Source: an uncultured Planctomycetaceae bacterium
GTDB taxonomy: Bacteria; Planctomycetota; Planctomycetia; Planctomycetales; Planctomycetaceae
Assembly: GCA_963707405.1 (NCBI GenBank)
Contig: CAVPPT010000027.1
Coordinates: forward strand, 1 to 64,000
Length of the DNA: 64,000 nt
Direction: 5' to 3'
This document shows positions 62,553-64,000 of the stretch, piece after piece. Below the pieces are notes generated by a model that saw only the letters and a list, made by a program, of their open reading frames with translations, did no database searches and was not told the origin of the DNA. A program made the position numbers and the translations under genes. The number at the start of each line of letters is the position of its first letter. Positions within the stretch are counted from its first letter, which is position 1.

Positions 62553-63558
62553 AATCCATCCTCAGCACTACACAGCTTCTGTATCATCTGCTTCGCAGTT
62601 CTCACCCAGGCCAATGCCCAGGGGCCTCTGCCTTCCTGGAACGACGGGGTCGCCAAGCAGACCATCGTCGACTTCGTTCAGCAGACGACGACCGAGGGCA
62701 GTCCGCAGTTCGTGCCGCCAGGGGAGCGGATCGCCACGTTCGACCAGGACGGCACGCTGTGGGTCGAGCAGCCGATGTATACGCAGGTGCTGTACTGCCT
62801 GGACCGTGTGCCCGCTGATCGTCGAGGCCAAGCCGGAACTCAGGGATGTCGAGCCGTTCAAGACCGTGATGTCGGGCAATCGAGAGGCGATCGCGAAGCT
62901 CTCAATGGACGATCTGACGAAGATCCTTGCTGCCACGCTCAGCGGAATGCCGGTGGAGCAGTTTGAGGCTGAGGTCGCGAAGTGGATGGCCGATGCGAAA
63001 CATCCACGCTGGAAGCGGCCCTATACGCAGCTCACCTATCAGCCGATGCAGGAAGTGCTGCAGTACTTGCGTGACAACGGTTACAAGACCTATATCGTCA
63101 CCGGCGGCGGCCAGGACTTTGTACGGGTTTATGCCGACGCCACCTATGGCATTCCCGAGGAGCAGGTCGTCGGCACGGCCGGCGGAGTGTCCTATGGATA
63201 TGACAAGGAGGGCCGGCCATTCCTCACCAAGGAACCGAAGCTGTTGCTCAATGACAACAATGCCGGGAAGCCCGAGGGCATCCACCTGATGATCGACCGC
63301 CGTCCGCAGGCAGCGTTCGGCAACTCAACCGGCGATCGACAGATGCTCGAGTACACCAAAGCTGGAGATGGTGCGCGCCTGAGCATGCTCGTGCTGCACG
63401 ATGACGCCGAGCGAGAATATGCCTACGGCCCGGCTCAAGGCCTTCCCGACAGCAAGGTCGGTACTTTCACTCAAGCACTGTACGACGAAGCAACGAAGCA
63501 GGGTTGGACCGTCATCAGCATGAAGCACGACTGGAAGCAGGTGTTTGCGATGGAGTGA
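62552..63558 (+). CDS. Secreted HAD-superfamily phosphatase, with at least 2 frame changes in the N-terminal third
   Basis: The signal peptide lies in one frame (CIICFAVLTQANAQG). HAD motif I is IATFDQDGTLW. The remaining motifs are in frame 62488..63558 (IVTGGGQDF, GNSTGDRQM). Confidence 0.55.
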
Positions 63559-63633
63559 TGGTATGCTCGAAACCTGGGCGGGGAACAACGGAGTGAATGT
63601 GCTCATCCGAACGAGCAGCGAAAGACGACACTG

Positions 63634-64000
63634 ATGGGCTCATCCATGACGTTGTTCGTCAGCATGTTCGCAACATTGCTGGCCATCATTAACCCCCTGG
63701 AAGCGATTCCCATATTCCTGGGCCTGACGAAGGGAAAAGGAGACGCGGAAAAATGCAAGGTCGCACGCCAGTCTTGTACATACGCGTTGCTGCTCGCATT
63801 TTTCTTTCTGCTGTTTGGAACACTCTTGTTGCGTCTCTTCGGCGTTTCATTAAGCATGATTCGTGTCGTCGGGGGAATCATTCTCACCCGCATCGGATTT
63901 CAGATGTTCACCCCCCCGCCGCCGGCGGGTGCGAGCCCAGGTTCTACAAGCGGCGCGAGTCCCCAGCAGGAGGATGTCGCGTTCGTTCCCCTGGCTATGC
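63634..64000 (+). CDS. marC: MarC family (UPF0056) integral membrane protein; the 3' end lies beyond the window
   Basis: IINPLEAIPIFLGLT, RVVGGIILTRIGFQMF, and EDVAFVPLAM match MarC conserved blocks (NPL...FL, RIAGGLIVAFIGFRML, ANIAFVPLAMP). Confidence 0.7.
   Translation, partial: MGSSMTLFVSMFATLLAIINPLEAIPIFLGLTKGKGDAEKCKVARQSCTYALLLAFFFLLFGTLLLRLFGVSLSMIRVVGGIILTRIGFQMFTPPPPAGASPGSTSGASPQQEDVAFVPLAM

Overview
High-GC (~60-65%) bacterial chromosomal segment whose gene content points to Planctomycetota. The indicators are an ECF sigma/Ser-Thr kinase/TPR module, a PEP-CTERM protein, a sulfatase, DUF1499, an LssY-like protein, and lipoprotein cytochromes. Content from 5' to 3' is as follows. 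First, a Gfo/Idh/MocA oxidoreductase 3' fragment, csrA, rpmB with a rho-independent terminator, and a tRNA-Met(CAT). Second, a ~14 kb block in which every gene is on the minus strand. It starts at a tyrosine integrase overlapping the tRNA 3' end and carries a Zn-ribbon/SPFH membrane protein, a Tat-signal flavin amine oxidase, Zn-ribbon multi-TM paralogs, two TPR proteins, a Ser/Thr kinase translationally coupled to an ECF sigma factor, a SEC-C-motif membrane protein, and a degenerate partial duplicate of the sigma/kinase pair. It ends near a 22-nt imperfect copy of the tRNA 3' end, a candidate attR. Third, a cbb3-type oxidase cluster: a diheme cytochrome c, a multiply frame-disrupted ccoN, ccoO, small membrane proteins, and a CcoI-type Cu-ATPase fused to a DsbD_2-like domain. 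Fourth, a CusB/CusA-like efflux pair. Fifth, DUF1499, then an RND-MFP-TolC tripartite pump flanked by orphan RND and MFP remnants. Sixth, a single-ORF IS66-family element with inverted repeats. Seventh, an alpha/beta hydrolase, a PIG-L deacetylase, a PP2C phosphatase, a large secreted HEXXH zinc metalloprotease, ThpR, a TPP-dependent decarboxylase, and class II fumarase. Eighth, a PEP-CTERM protein converging on a MacAB-like ABC exporter operon. Ninth, a plus-strand cluster of secreted or unknown proteins (PQQ beta-propeller, Gly/Tyr-Gln-rich protein, LssY-C-like protein, His-rich mini-protein). Last, a frame-disrupted arylsulfatase, a HAD phosphatase, and a MarC-family 5' fragment. No rRNA and no CRISPR array were seen. 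Frame disruptions within clearly homologous genes are unusually dense here, at least 14 genes including fumC and ccoN, so pseudogene calls are tentative. Indel errors in the assembly are an equally likely explanation.
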